DNA of 64,000 bases from NCBI GenBank assembly GCA_963924565.1, contig OZ004612.1, forward strand, positions 10,478,001 to 10,542,000, read 5' to 3'. The stretch is from Ascidiella aspersa (taxonomy: Eukaryota). Numbering within the stretch: the first letter of the stretch is position 1; each line of letters opens with the position of its first letter. Positions 11,808 through 25,410 of the stretch are shown here, one piece after another. The notes beneath the pieces were generated by a model. It was not told the origin of the DNA. It saw only the letters and a list, made by a program, of their open reading frames with translations, and made no database searches. Position numbers and translations under genes: made by a program.

Positions 11808-14005
11808 CTACAAAAGTCGGCGTTATTAAATAGTTCGCCAAACAGAATTAATTCCCGAAAGAGGTTCCATATAAGATTGCAAAATCACGCTAAAGTTAAC
11901 TAAACGGCAGCTGTTCTTTTTTTGCGATTTCTGAGTGTAAGTTTGATGCCCATAAGTGCTGATTAAATTTCCCTAGAATGTTTAGTATACAAATAACTTC
12001 AATTGGTGTGCAAGGCTTATGTACAAATATTTTACGAAAAAAATAAAGCGTTGCCTGATTTTATTTTGGCGGATCGTTGTAGTTAGTTTTTGTTTACAAT
12101 TGTTAATGTCTTCGGGTATTTATTTGAATGTCGAATGTACTGAATCGAAAATGAAACTTAATTTAATGAGAGGTATAGCGGTAAACTCTATTGTCGACAT
12201 AAAAGTGCTATGGTTTTTCTTGTGAGCACGACACATCAATGGGCAAACTATCCTTTTATATTTAGCCCTGTCGGCAAACAAAAGGATACGTGACTTCGTG
12301 GGGAAGACGTTCGTTTGTTTAGGTGTTGTATTATGATATGCCTTTCTATCGAATCACGTGCCCTTAAACAATGCAATCTTTCAAGATATTTTCCGATTAC
12401 CTTTTCACTACTGCTTTGTTCAGGCTGGGTGGACATTTTACCAGTCCAAAATTAAACAACGATTGTTTTACGAAGTATCCGTTTATTTAGTTAATTTTTT
12501 TTTTTAGATTCGGGGTTGAACTCCAGAGAACGAAAAGAGAAAGCCAGAGAACGAAAAGTTAAATAGTTGCTTTATAGATTAGAACATTTTTTCTATTTGC
12601 CTGAGGCGCAACTGGCTACCTTCCATGCCGCTCCAGTTAATAAGCGCTATATAAGAGACTGAAAATAACTTAATCCTGTTAAAGACAATATCCCATCGTG
12701 AGCGTTGCTCGTAAACTGGTGACTGCATTGCCTAGTTCATGTTGGCCGAGCTGGGCGTAATATTGCAGCCGTACAGAAGAGGAGTTTCTTGAGGGAAAAA
12801 CAATGCTTTCGCACTAACAAATGAGAATGACAGCCTTTGTTTAACGATTTCGCTCTTATTAAGATTACTAAGGGTCGCGGTAACCTGATAGCGCTTAGGC
12901 AACCTTTATAATTTTTGTAAGTCACCTTGGCGCAAGTTTCTAAAGTTAAAGACACTGGTAAAACAATGAACAAAGCGGGAAACTGAATATCAACAATCAA
13001 CTTATGTTGCCGGTTGCTTACACCCGATACGTTTCAAACTGGCCAAAATTTGCATTCTCACTGCTAAAGACCACGAATAATAGTTATATCGTAGCTGAAC
13101 AAATACCACGAAATTGGACTGGACTAAAAAATTGGCAACACTGGCGTTTTAACGTAATTATGAATTTTACCAGAAGACACTTTCCGTTACGTGAAGCTGA
13201 CGTATGTTTAATAAACGTTTTTTACGACAAGTATGTTCCGCCAAATACAATTAAATACCCTGTATCTCTCAAACAAAAGTATTTGTTGGTATACGTTTAA
13301 ATACAGAGCGACTCCACTAAAGGGAAATATTTGAAGAAACTGAAAAAATATTGGTCGCCGTTATGGCGGACAATAAAGTATCTTATCATTGATAGATGAA
13401 ATAAAACTAGCACATGACGGCTAGCGTTGCAACATTTTAAAACGAGGTTTTCCACATCAACATATATTTCTAGTAAACATTGTACGTTAAAACGGGTGTT
13501 TGATATAAGATTAATCTTCAAAGAACTTATTTACCATTTTTATTAAAAAACACAACTTCGTTTAAACTTTTCTACGTTTTACACCAAATTTTCTAAAATA
13601 AATTAGAATAAGAATATATGCCTTATTGCTCGTTTGAATTAAAGTACCGCGAGGTTAGTCAGTAAAGTACACAACAGAAAAGTTAAATAAGGTCAGGGAA
13701 GTTTTGAGGACAAGGAAATGGATCGTACCCACTACGGTTAGACAAAGAAAACAGATTTTGCGCAATACTCGATAGTACTCAAATGCCGCCCACAAACAAA
13801 ATCCTAAATCCTTTCGTATATGCCTATATGGTATTACATTTTATGTCTGCTAATATAGCGCTTTTGTATATCCCTTTTACTGATATTGCCTGATTAGCGC
13901 TTTATTTAGTGTCAGCTTTCTAGAGGTTCGGGTTAATTGTTCGTATAACCTATATGGAGTTTGAGTTGTGCCCAAATGTTGCCTAAGTACAGAAGCGCTT
14001 CTTAC

Positions 14006-14179
14006 CGGCTGAAACGTGGATTCCTCCGATTGACTTCAACATCTGGCTTTTGTTCTCGCTGCAGGCGCAGAAGAGCGACATTATCAATCCTACCGCGATG
14101 AGAATGCCCGCCACCATGAGGAATATGCGCGCAATCCAGGGCGCCAAATAAACGGTGTTGATAAAGTTCAAGTTCCAAG
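14006..14179 (-). pseudogene. Orphan duplicate of claudin-like exon 2 (copy b, 174 bp)
   Basis: Intact splice sites. Reads WNLNFINTVYLAPWIARIFLMVAGILIAVGLIMSLFCACSENK..., with exons 1, 3 and 4 absent from its unit. Confidence 0.75.
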
Positions 14180-17137
14180 CTACAAAAGTCGGCGTTGTTA
14201 AATAGTTCGCCAAACAGAATTAATTCCCGAAAGAGGTTCCATATAAGATTGCAAAATCACGCTAAAGTTAACTAAACGGCAGCTGTTCTTTTTTTGCGAT
14301 TTCTGAGTGTAAGTTTGATACCTATAAGTGCTGATTAAATTTCCCTAGAATGTTTAGTATACAAATAACTTCAATTGGTGTGCAAGGCTTATTGTACAAA
14401 TTTTTTACGAAAAAAATAAAGCGTTGCCTGATTTTATTTTGGCGGATCGTTGTAGTTAGTTTTTGTTTACAATTGTTAATGTCTTCGGGTATTTATTTGA
14501 ATGTCGAATGTACTGAATCGAGAATGAAACTTAATTTAATGAGAGGTATAGCGGTAAACTCTATTGTCGACATAAAAGTGCTATGGTTATTCTTGTGAGC
14601 ACGACACATCAATAGGCAAACTATCCTTTTATATTTAGCCCTGTCGGCAAACAAAAGGATACGTGACTTCGTGGGGAAGACGTTCGTTTGTTTAGGTGTT
14701 GTATTATGATATGCCTTTCTATCGAATCACATGCCCTTAAACAATGCAATCTTTCAAGATATTTTCCGATTACCTTTTCACTACTGCTTTGTTCAGGCTG
14801 GGTGGACATTTTACCAGTCCAAAATTAAACAACGATTGTTTTACGAAGTATCAGTTTATTTTGTTAATTTTTTTTTTTAGATTCGGGTTGAACTCCAGAG
14901 AACGAAAAGAGAAAGTAAAAAAATGTTAAATAGTTGCTTTATAGATTAGAACATTTTTTCTATTTGCCTGAGGCGCAACTGGCTACCTTCCATGCCGCTC
15001 CAGTTAATAAGCGCTATATAAGAGACTGAAAATAACTTAATCCTGTTAAAGACAATATCCCATCGTGAGCGTTGCTCGTAAACTGGTGACTGCATTGCCT
15101 AGCTCATGTTGGCCGAGCTGGGCGTAATATTGCAGCCGTACAGAAGAGGAGTTTCTTGAGAGAAAAACAATGCTTTCGCACTGACAAATGGGAATGACAG
15201 CCTTTGTTTAACGATTTCGCTCTTATTAAGATTACTAAGGGTCGCGGTAACCTGATAGCGCTTTGGCAACCTTTATAATTTTTGTAAGTCACCTTGGCGC
15301 AAGTTTCTAAAGTTAAAGACAGTGGTAAAACAATGAACAAAGCGGGAAACTGAATATCAACAATCAACTCATGTTGCCGGTTGCTTACACCCGATACGTT
15401 TTAAACTGGCCAAAATTTGCATTCTCACTGCTAAAGACCACGAATAATAGTTATATCGTAGCTGAACAAATACCACGAAATTGGACTGGACGCGTTTTAA
15501 CGTAATTATGAATTTTACCAGAAGACACTTTCCGTTACGTGAAGCTGACGTATGTTTAATAAACGTTTTTTACGACAAGTATGTTCCGCCAAATACAATT
15601 AAATACCCTGTATCTCTCAAACAAAAGTATTTGTTGGTATACGTTTAAATACAGAGCGACTCCACTAAATGGAAATATTTGAAGAAACTGAAAAAATATT
15701 GGTCGCCGTTGTGGCGGGCAATAAAGTATCTTATCATTGATAGATGAAATAAAACTAGCACATGACGGCTAGCGTTGCAACATTTTAAAACGAGGTTTTC
15801 CACATCAACATATATTTCTAGTAAACATTGTACGTTAAAACGGGTGTTTGATATAAGATTAATCTTCAAAGAACTTATTTACCATTTTTGTTAAAAAACA
15901 CAACTTCATTTAAACTTTTCTACGTTTTACACCAAATTTTATAAAATAAATTAGAATAAGAATACATGCCTTATTGCTCGTTTGAATTAAAGTCCCGGAG
16001 GTTAGTTAGTAAAGTACACAACAGAAAAGTTAAATACGGTCAGGGCAGTTTTGAGGATAAGGAAATGGATCGTACCTATTACGGTTAAACACAGAAAACA
16101 GATTTTGCGCAATACTCGATATACTTTAGTAAGTTGTTGGTCAAACCAGTTGTGATGGCTATTGATCCTACGATGTATGGCTGATCTAAAAAATGTTAAA
16201 AGTCACGCGAAGCGCAAAGTATGCATAAATTGCGTTTATCGCGAAGTGCATCTGTAAGTTATTGGTCTCATAGACCCTGGATCCGCCCCGAAATGAAATA
16301 TAGGATAGACATATGTAGTCGCGCTTTATCACTAGAATGGTCCAGTAAGTTAAATCACAGCCCTCAAAATAGGGCAGAGCAGGGGTTTAAGGGTTTTAAG
16401 AATATTATTTAACTAACATGAAAAGTCACAATAGATTTCTGATGCTTTATTACATTACCCTTGTTTATAAACAGCACACGTAAACAGCACACGGTTTCAA
16501 TGTTTTTAATAACAAAAACACAAAAAAAAACACTTAACAATGTTTTTAACATAATGTATACTATGTAGTGAAACAAACTATGTATATGTCAATACAATAT
16601 AAACAAAGATGTACAGCCATACTTTTAAAGTCAATATCGCATGGGAAACGCCACTGAATTCACCCTTTTCACCAATGCAGGTTTCATAAGGGCGTTAAGG
16701 TAAAACGTTTTTGCCTGAAGGATCGATATGTATTACATCCAAAAAGAAGTTATGATTTATATAAGGCACGACATACATTCTTATTCTTCTCTAAATTTGG
16801 ATGGTAATAAAACCTTTTCGTGCTTCACCTTATAGTTTGAAACTTGTATGAGATATAGTTAATTAAAGTTAGCAATGCTACAAAAACATACCGTCCTTGG
16901 TAATATACTGTAAGGACGTTGCACAAAACAATCGAAAATCAATGATAATAACAGTTGGTAACTAAAAAAGTCGTACTGACGCCGGATAAACAGATTGAAC
17001 CTGTGTTTGTGGTGAAAATAACGAAGAACTCGCAATCAACCAGGGTCACAGTGCTGGAAATTATAAAATAAAAAAATATAAAAACAAACCACACGCGATT
17101 ATACAATATACATACACATATAGGATTCTACATTATT

Positions 17138-20100
17138 TCAAAAGCCCTGATTGGTGTATAAGGCGGGCTGCTGGGCGGTGGACCAAACAACTTGTTGTGG
17201 TTGTGGTTGCTGCATTACGACTCCAACCTAAAAAAATGGGAATCTATCAATTTAAGGGCTGCAGGGTTGGACTCAGGAATCGGGACTCGACGGAGTCGGA
17301 TTGTTTTGCTAGAATCGGACTCGGGACTCGAGTAAGACTACATACAACTATACCCGAGTCCCGTGTCCGACGTGCACATACGCATTACCAAATTTCGAAA
17401 CTGACAAGGCCGCGAACTGTAACTTGTGAAAGTGTTATAGCAAGTGGTGGAAAATGTTCCAACTGTGTAATTTTGGTCGATCAGTTATAAGGCACCCCTA
17501 TAAGTGTATTAATTGTTTAATATCCACGTTATTTTAGTTACCGGTACGTAAATGAGTGAAACACAGGCTTTAGAGTCAGATTCGGGTCATTTTAAACCAA
17601 CTCCTCAGCCTTGGTTTAAACACCGTACAGTTTGTTAATGCCTTACCTCTCCAAGGTGGCTTGACGGGTTTGTAAGGGGGGCGCGAAGGACTCTCCGAGA
17701 AAAACTCTTTGTTTTTATTCGTTTAATATGAAGTTTTGCTATCACGAATATCTCTTTTATCTATTTTTAAGTACTGTTTCTAGTCGTGTCGTGACTGACA
17801 CATAATTTTATATCAATCACTTAATCTATAGGTATTCTCCTCAGTATTAATACTATTGTTCTTGTGTTAAGTTCAAGTGACATGGATATGGCATAATATA
17901 CACACTGTATAATGTTGTAGAGAGAAGTGCACCAGGCCATTTTTAGAAACTAAATTTTTTGCCAAGGGATTTTTACAAGGCACTGTGCGCACTATCGCAA
18001 ACGTTTAATTTATTGAAACCACGAGCATAAAAACCTTTCGCATAATTTGCACGTTTTACATTTAGGCGCCTCTTTACACTATTTGTTTGATGTTTCTATT
18101 TGTCTGAAAACACTGCCTTGATGAAGCTAAATATTATTGCTATGAAACATCTTGTTTGCGTTGGGGGCGTGGTTTCGTAAAATGTTAAGCCCCAAAAGTA
18201 AAAATCCTGCTATACAGAATCAAGTCAATTTGGTAGAAAAGCTATTTAATTAGTAAAATCAGTTTATTCAATTAGTGTAAAATGTTGGACTAATTGTGTT
18301 TGCATCACAAACGACCAAAACTTCACTAGCCGAAAGTCGCGTTATAACAGTGGCTTAAATTTAGCTGGCCTGTACCTGTCCAGTAGATTCCTTCGTTTGA
18401 ACGGTTTCAAGAATGCCGCCAATGAAGATAGAAGTGGCGCACCCCCAGGCCAGGTAGTAGGAGTGACCGAACGAGCTACCGCCACCGGAAACAATGATAC
18501 CTGTGAAGGCGGCGTTGGCGATGACCACGAAGACCGCTGAAAGGGGAAAAATAAGCGGCAAGAGTTTAAAAATCATTTGTGGCCTTTCTGCAAGGTTTTA
18601 ACGCGGTTTCAACCATCTCCATAACGCTTGAGTCGTTTTCGCTAACTTCGTATGACCCTGTACTCAATAAACGCATATATTTTTTATCTTTGCTCGAACG
18701 CTTTGCCGTGGCATATCTGAGTATATATAGATATGATTTACGTTGTACATTTTTGCAATATGGACATATATTCGCAGGATTTTTTTTAAGGTTGTCTGTT
18801 TATAACGTCATAAAACTTAGTAATTTCATCTTTAAGAACTGTATGCCGCCCACAAACAAAATCCTAAATCCTTTCGTATATGCCTATATGGTATTACATT
18901 TTATGTCTGCTAATATAGCGCTTTTGTATATCCCTTTTACTGATATTGCCTGATTAGCGCTTTATTTAGTGTCAGCTTTCTAGAGGTTCGGGTTAATTGT
19001 TCGTATAACCTATATGGAGTTTGAGTTGTGCCCAAATGTTGCCTAAGTACAGAAGCGCTTCTTACCGGCTGAAACGTGGATTCCTCCGATTGACTTCAAC
19101 ATCTGGCTTTTGTTCTCGCTGCAGGCGCAGAAGAGCGACATTATCAATCCTACTCCGATGAGAATGCCCGCCACCATGAGGAATATGCGCGCAATCCAGG
19201 GCGCCAAATAAACGGTGTTGTTAAAGTTCAAGTTCCAAGCTACAAAAGTCGGCGTTGTTAAATAGTTCGCGAAACAGAATTAATTCCCGAAAGAGGTTCC
19301 ATATAAGATTGCAAAATCACGCTAAAGTTAACTAAACGGCAGCTGTTCTTTTTTTGCGATTTCTGAGTGTAAGTTTGATACCTATAAGTGCTGATTAAAT
19401 TTCCCTAGAATGTTTAGTATACAAATAACTTCAATTGGTGTGCAAGGCTTATTGTACAAATTTTTTACGAAAAAAATAAAGCGTTGCCTGATTTTATTTT
19501 GGCGGATCGTTGTAGTTAGTTTTTGTTTACAATTGTTAATGTCTTCGGGTATTTATTTGAATGTCGAATGTACTGAATCGAGAATGAAACTTAATTTAAT
19601 GAGAGGTATAGCGGTAAACTCTATTGTCGACATAAAATTGCTATGGTTATTCTTGTGAGCACGACACATCAATAGGCAAACTATCCTTTTATATTTAGCC
19701 CTGTCGGCAAACAAAAGGATACGTGACTTCGTGGGGAAGACGTTCGTTTGTTTAGGTGTTGTATTATGATATGCCTTTCTATCGAATCACGTGCCCTTAA
19801 ACAATGCAATCTTTCAAGATATTTTCCGATTACCTTTTCACTACTGCTTTGTTCAGGCTGGGTGGACATTTTACCAGTCCAAAATTAAACAACGATTGTT
19901 TTACGAAGTATCAGTTTATTTTGTTAAATTTGGCTGTTTTCTTGAGACAAATTTAATCGATTTAAAGAAACTTGCGAAAATAACCGAGTTGTAATACTAC
20001 ATCCAATAACCTAGTGATTAAACAGTGCCAACAATTTCAGACAGCTTGCATTTCAACACCTTAGAACAAATTGATGTTTGTTAGCACTCTTTTGGTTTCA

Positions 20101-20608
20101 AACGTTTATTGGTAGCATATCGGGGGGGGGGGGGGGGGCGGATATCTAAAGTAGTGGTCGGCAATCTTTTTTCGGAGCGGCATCAATCTTTTTTCGGATG
20201 ATAAAATTTAAAAATTCAATGACACACCAACTTTTTTTTGTTTTGTGCAATGTTTGTAGGCCTGTACGGCTATCACTCGCCCCAAAACTACATGACAGCC
20301 CTAAACTAATCAAAAGTAACTCGCGGCCCACTAAAATGGCTCTTTGGCCCATATTTGGGCCGTGGCCCACTGTTTGCCGTCCACTGATCTAAAGAAACCT
20401 CCTTTCCTAAGTAAATTAAAAATGTCCCTAGTAAATGACGCGACTTACGGAGATCAGTGCAGGATGAACCCAAGCAAATCTGATGAATTCCGACTGACAT
20501 GGATCCAGACGTGAGCCATTCGTTGGTCACTTGACAAACCACAAAGAGAACTCGACCAACAATTGTGAGCAGGACACCAACAAAGCTCGACCCAAAATTT
20601 TTGCCCAT
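17138..20608 (-). CDS. Claudin / PMP-22/EMP/MP20 superfamily four-transmembrane protein, 194 aa, 4 exons
   Basis: Exons 20608-20449, 19239-19066, 18536-18376 and 17227-17138 join in frame (585 nt; phases 1,1,0). TM1 is followed by EW...GIHQICLGSSC (variant of the W-GLW-C-C signature). FGHSYYLAW precedes TM4, as is typical of the family. The Gln-rich tail ends in YTNQGF. Confidence 0.88.
20152..20386. mobile_element. hAT MITE in claudin-like intron 1
   Basis: TIRs tagtggtcggcaa / ttgccgtccactg. Perfect TSD atctaaag. A related right end lies at ~20890-20980. Confidence 0.85.
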
Positions 20609-23218
20609 TTTTAAGATTTGAGGTTAAACTTCAGAGAAAAAAGACAACTGCCAATATCGCTAAATACGTTCACTTATTTAGGTTATATTCCGGTATATTT
20701 CTGTAAAAAAATTTTTGAAAATGGTTGCGTTTACAAGGATAAAGTTGGCCAAATAATAGTTTGACAGGCACTTTTAGGGCCTTATTTGGCACGCGGCCTG
20801 AACCAAGCTAAAACCATATAAATATTGTTAGCCACACCAACTTTGAAATGCAGTGCGACGAAAGTATGGCTGGCACGCGGCCCACATGGTAACCCTAACT
20901 ATTTAAAAGTAACTCGCGACAAACTAAAAATGGCCCAGCGGCCCACATTTGGACCATGGCCCACAGTTTGCCGGCCACTTGCTTAGAGCAGCATTTGTCA
21001 ATTTATTTCCTTAGGACGCACCTGTAAACCTCAAAAAACTTAGTAGTGCACCTAGTAAGCGCGAAATCGATAGGTTGCTTGCAAGTTTTTATTACGCATG
21101 CCAAATAGAGTTTTTATAGTAGTACTGCAAGATTATTGAGGTAAGACAAAAGAGAAAGCAAAGAAATGATAAATAACAGTCTTATATTTTATAAGATTTT
21201 TAATTTGCCTGCGGCGTACCTGGCGACCTTCCATGCCGCTACGGTTAAAGTGCTAGCTTAAAAAACTGAAAATAGCTTAATTCCTGTTCAGGGCTAAATC
21301 TCATCGTGACCGTTGAGCCTAAAACTCGTGACTACGTTGCCAATAGCTCTTGCTGGCCAAGCTGGGCGTCATATAGCAGGCGTACGGAAGAAGAGTTTCT
21401 CAAAAGAAAACAATGCTTTCGCGCTGACATAATGGGAATGATTTACTGTCGCCTTTGTTTAACGATTTCGCTCTGATTCTAAAGCTCTCGGTAACCTGAT
21501 AGCGCATTAACTACCGTCATAATATTTGTAAGCCTCCGTGGCGCAGGTTTCTAAAGTTAACGACAATAATAAAATATAAGTTAGTTCTATTTCCGGTTAC
21601 TTGCACTCGTTCCTTTTCAAACTGGCCAAACTTGATATATTACTGGTAAATACCACATTTACGGATGGTTATATATAGTATAGGTACCGGTATACAACTG
21701 GCGTAATAGCACGAAATTGGACTGGAATGAAAAATTGAAAACACATGATATTTTAATGCAATTTTTAATTTCACCAGAAGACATTTTCCGCTACGTGGAG
21801 TTGACGTATACGTATATTTAACGTTTTTTAAGGACAAAGAGCAAAGTATAATGGAGATTTTCATCATTAATGATATAGGTGAAATAAAATTGGCACATGA
21901 TGACTGGCGGTCCAATATTAAAAAATGAGGTTTTGCACATAGAAGTATAGGTACATTTCTAGAATATATTTCTCGGTAAAATGTTTAAAATATTTCTCGT
22001 TAAAATGTTTGTTTTATAGACAATTTATCTTTAAAGTGGTTGTTTACCATTTTTATATAAACACTTGACTTTATATAAACTTTTCCAAGTTTTACAGTAA
22101 GTTTTCCAAAATAAATTAGGATAATAATATATGCCCTATTGTTGGTTTGAATTAAAGTACTGGAGATTAGTTAGTAAAGTTCAATGGAAAACTTAAATAA
22201 GATCAGGGATTGTTTTAGGGACAAAAAGATTGGCACCCACTACAACTAGACCCATAGAACAGATTTGCGTAATACCGGATATAACTTCAGTAAGTTTTTT
22301 TGCTTAAATCGCGAAGAGCAGCTGTAAGTTCTGGCATTTATAAGTAATTGACCTCATAGCCCCCAGGTACGCCTTGAAACGTTTACTTCGCTCATCACTT
22401 GTGGCACCTATATTTTCTGGAAAGTAATACAAAACTAATTTCTAATGAACTTATGCTTTTGTTGCAATGCTTTGCCTGAGCTCTATGCTATCCCATAGAG
22501 ATAAAAATCATGGATATTATTTTATATTTTACCCCCTAGCAGACACCCATGTTTACTATGCTTGTATAAAATTAGGTGATCGAAAATTATTCAGTTGTAG
22601 TGCTGCCGTCAAACCTAGTTTATGTTAAAAAAACTGCACTTCTGCTAATTTGATGCAGGTGTCAAGCTCTATAAGCAGGGCGACCATCTGCTAAGACTAA
22701 CCAAACACGGTATTACGAAAAAAAATCAGGCTACTGATAAATTGGGGCAGATCAAGCATTTTTTCAGAGAGCTTTCAAATAGAGATATCCCCAAAACACA
22801 TTTATCTTCGCGCCAAAATGCAGCTTTATTAATCTCAGCGCGAAAAAATGCGTAGGCCTATATTTGGTTAAATTGGCAAAACTTTTTAATATAAAAGGAG
22901 ACGTGACGCCTTCGGCAAGGGTTCACCTATCGTTTTTATAGAGGGACAGATAATTGCAACGCCTGACCATCGAGGGGGTGGATAACTGTTGGGATTTACG
23001 ATTGATTAACTTGATGGTCGTTCAACAAAGACAATATATAAGAAACCATGCAACTAAAACTTAAGTGAGTCCTAATAAATTCTAAAATAAGACAAACTAG
23101 GCACAAAACTCAATAATAAGCTCGTTTCTTATAAATATGCACATTAGTAGTTTATAAGACACTGTAACCAAACATAAGCACAAATCTGAGAAATAAGCAC
23201 GAACTGGTAACTTGTCTA

Positions 23219-23525
23219 TAGGGTGGGCAACCTACGGCCCGCGGGCCAGATCCAGCACGTCAACGCAAATTGTGCGGTTCGCGATTAACTTTACAAACTG
23301 GGCAACGAGGCTGTTTTCCATGTTTTTGACTTTGAACCACCTTAAGCTTTTTTGCGCAAATCTTGTTCCCTCAACGAATGTAAATTGTATAATGCGCTAG
23401 CTTTATCCCTTATCAACAGTCGTTGCGGTTTTTTTTGCGTGGAGTCTACACAGCTAAAATTTAACGGCCAGCAGGGACCCTGAGTTTGGTGTTGGCCCGC
23501 GACAAAAAAGCGTTGCCCATCCCTG
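23219..23525. mobile_element. hAT-Charlie-like MITE
   Basis: Ends gggtgggcaacctacggcccgcgggcc / ggcccgcgacaaaaaagcgttgcccatccctg. TSD not clean. Confidence 0.7.
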
Positions 23526-23708
23526 CCTATACACGATAATTATTTCCTCTTTAACTTTTAAACAATGTTTCACAACCCCCCCCCCCTCCCCCACGATTCA
23601 ACCTATTTTTTTCATAGCAGCTCAACATAAAAGAGTAAATCCTCATATACATAAATTATAACAAGGTTATGTTATTACCAGGAAAATTAAAATTTTCTGA
23701 CATTTAAT

Positions 23709-24362
23709 CAGGGGTCGGCAATCATTTTCTAGTCAACTAAAAATAAACTCAGAAAGGTCTCTGCGGGCCGCACATAATGTTAACTAACAATTATGAATAA
23801 AATGTTAGAACAACTGTGAATCAGGTGAGCCCTCGGAATTTTAAGCGTGAAAAAAGTGCTTAGTTTAAAATTTGGGTCCACACGTCGTCATCCATACTAC
23901 TAATGAAAAGTGTAATACAACTCCTTCGTGGAAACACAATACCCTTAATAGTTAATCTAGTTCAGTGTTTGTTAATGTTTTTAAGTCAGGATGCACCCGG
24001 CGAGCCCGTTTTTTGGCATAGAGGCATTTCTTTTACATTTCTTGCAAGTTTTTAATACATTGCCGAAAATCAAAAAATGTTAAAAAATTATATGTTCAAT
24101 ATTTTTGAATGCGTTTTCCGTAACGGTATGCGCAACGGTATAAAGAAGCGCTAATCTATTTCCAAAGACAGCATCTAAACATAAACAAACCGAATGTAGA
24201 AAGGTCATTCGCGCAAGGCGCGAAACTTTTTCGCACTTACGTAGTTAAAATAGTCAGAAAGTGTTTAAAATGGACTCGTGTATATAGTTGGTCAAAGATG
24301 TGGCGGGCCGGATGAATTACATTGGCGGATCCGGCACGCAGGCAGTAGGTTGCCGATCCCTG
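23709..24362. mobile_element. hAT-Charlie-like MITE
   Basis: TIRs caggggtcggcaa / ttgccgatccctg. TSD catttaat / ctttaaat (6/8). A related end occurs in reverse orientation at ~47575-47686. Confidence 0.75.
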
Positions 24363-25410
24363 CTTTAAATCTACAAACATTTTGCCGCATATAAAACGGT
24401 GAAACGCAACACCAACCAACACCCTAACGTAAGAAAGCCAATTATTACGCCAAAGCTCGCATTATCAAAGTTGCCATTAAGCTTAAATGTTACATATTAC
24501 AGTGATGCTTGTACTATTTTTTATATGAGAAAAATATGAGAAAAAGTACTTTTATGTAACACGCCTTATGTGCGTTCAGCGCCCCCCAAATGACAAAAAT
24601 ACCCAAAACGCCCCGTGTAACTCGCCAACGCCCACAAGGGGGGAGTTTTATAAAAATATTACGAGATATTAATTTAAGAGCATTTTCGGAACCAGCATCC
24701 CAAAGAATAAAGCACAGATGTTTTTTGTGTTTTTTATTAATAACATAGTCACCCAAAGGTTTGAGCACAGAATTGCCCCTTAACTTTCGTTCCCCGTCCC
24801 TGAAAGGTTTGTTCGATTTTACCGCTCCACAAGTGTCAAAAGGTTAAGAATCGTTCAAGCCAAACAACAATACTGATGGACAAATAACGAGAAGGTAAAC
24901 AGGTGGCACGTCAACGGGTGGACACACGCAGGCCATACACCTTCGAGACCCCGTTGTTTTCGCATAAACACCATTTCTGAAACCGCGAACAAGCTTCGTA
25001 ACGTTCCATTTCGATTGAATGATCAGGAAATGGGCAAAGGTACAAGCTAACGAAAGATTATCTGGTCAAAATCGAGCCTAACCTGGAACAAAAAAAAAGC
25101 GTTATGCTGTCTATCCTGCCTATTGTATGCACGTGGATCCATTTTCTTGCTATTATCGTGGAAACAACATTGACGCAACCTGTAATGATCAACACCTGCA
25201 CGAAAAAATACGCCGATCAGGCTCAACATAAAGCACAGCAGGTGCCAGGTAGGGCTATGTGTTGCAACTGTAAAGCGTCAAACGAGCTCTGATATGCACT
25301 GAATTGTCGTTAGAAATCGGCAAATAAATAGTTGCAATCGAACTGCGGCGTATGTGCGCCCTATAAGCATTAAGTTAAAGTTTTTTTATTTAATTTCAAC
25401 TATCAGGACG

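Larger units (their letters stand above)
8055..19927. repeat. Recent tandem triplication of a ~5-kb unit: copy 1 8055-12500, copy 2 12500-14875, copy 3 14876-19927; copies 1 and 2 are internally deleted
   Basis: Near-identical blocks: 8055-11350 ~ 14876-17771; 11405-13774 ~ 13783-16121; 11345-12495 ~ 18785-19927. The same poly-T junction (ttaatttttttttttagattcggg) occurs at ~12500 and ~14875. Confidence 0.93.

Noticed and set aside
20122-20138. 17-nt G run (and C runs at ~425 and ~23576) as functional G-quadruplexes
   Set aside because: They lie next to MITE remnants and nothing in the sequence indicates function.
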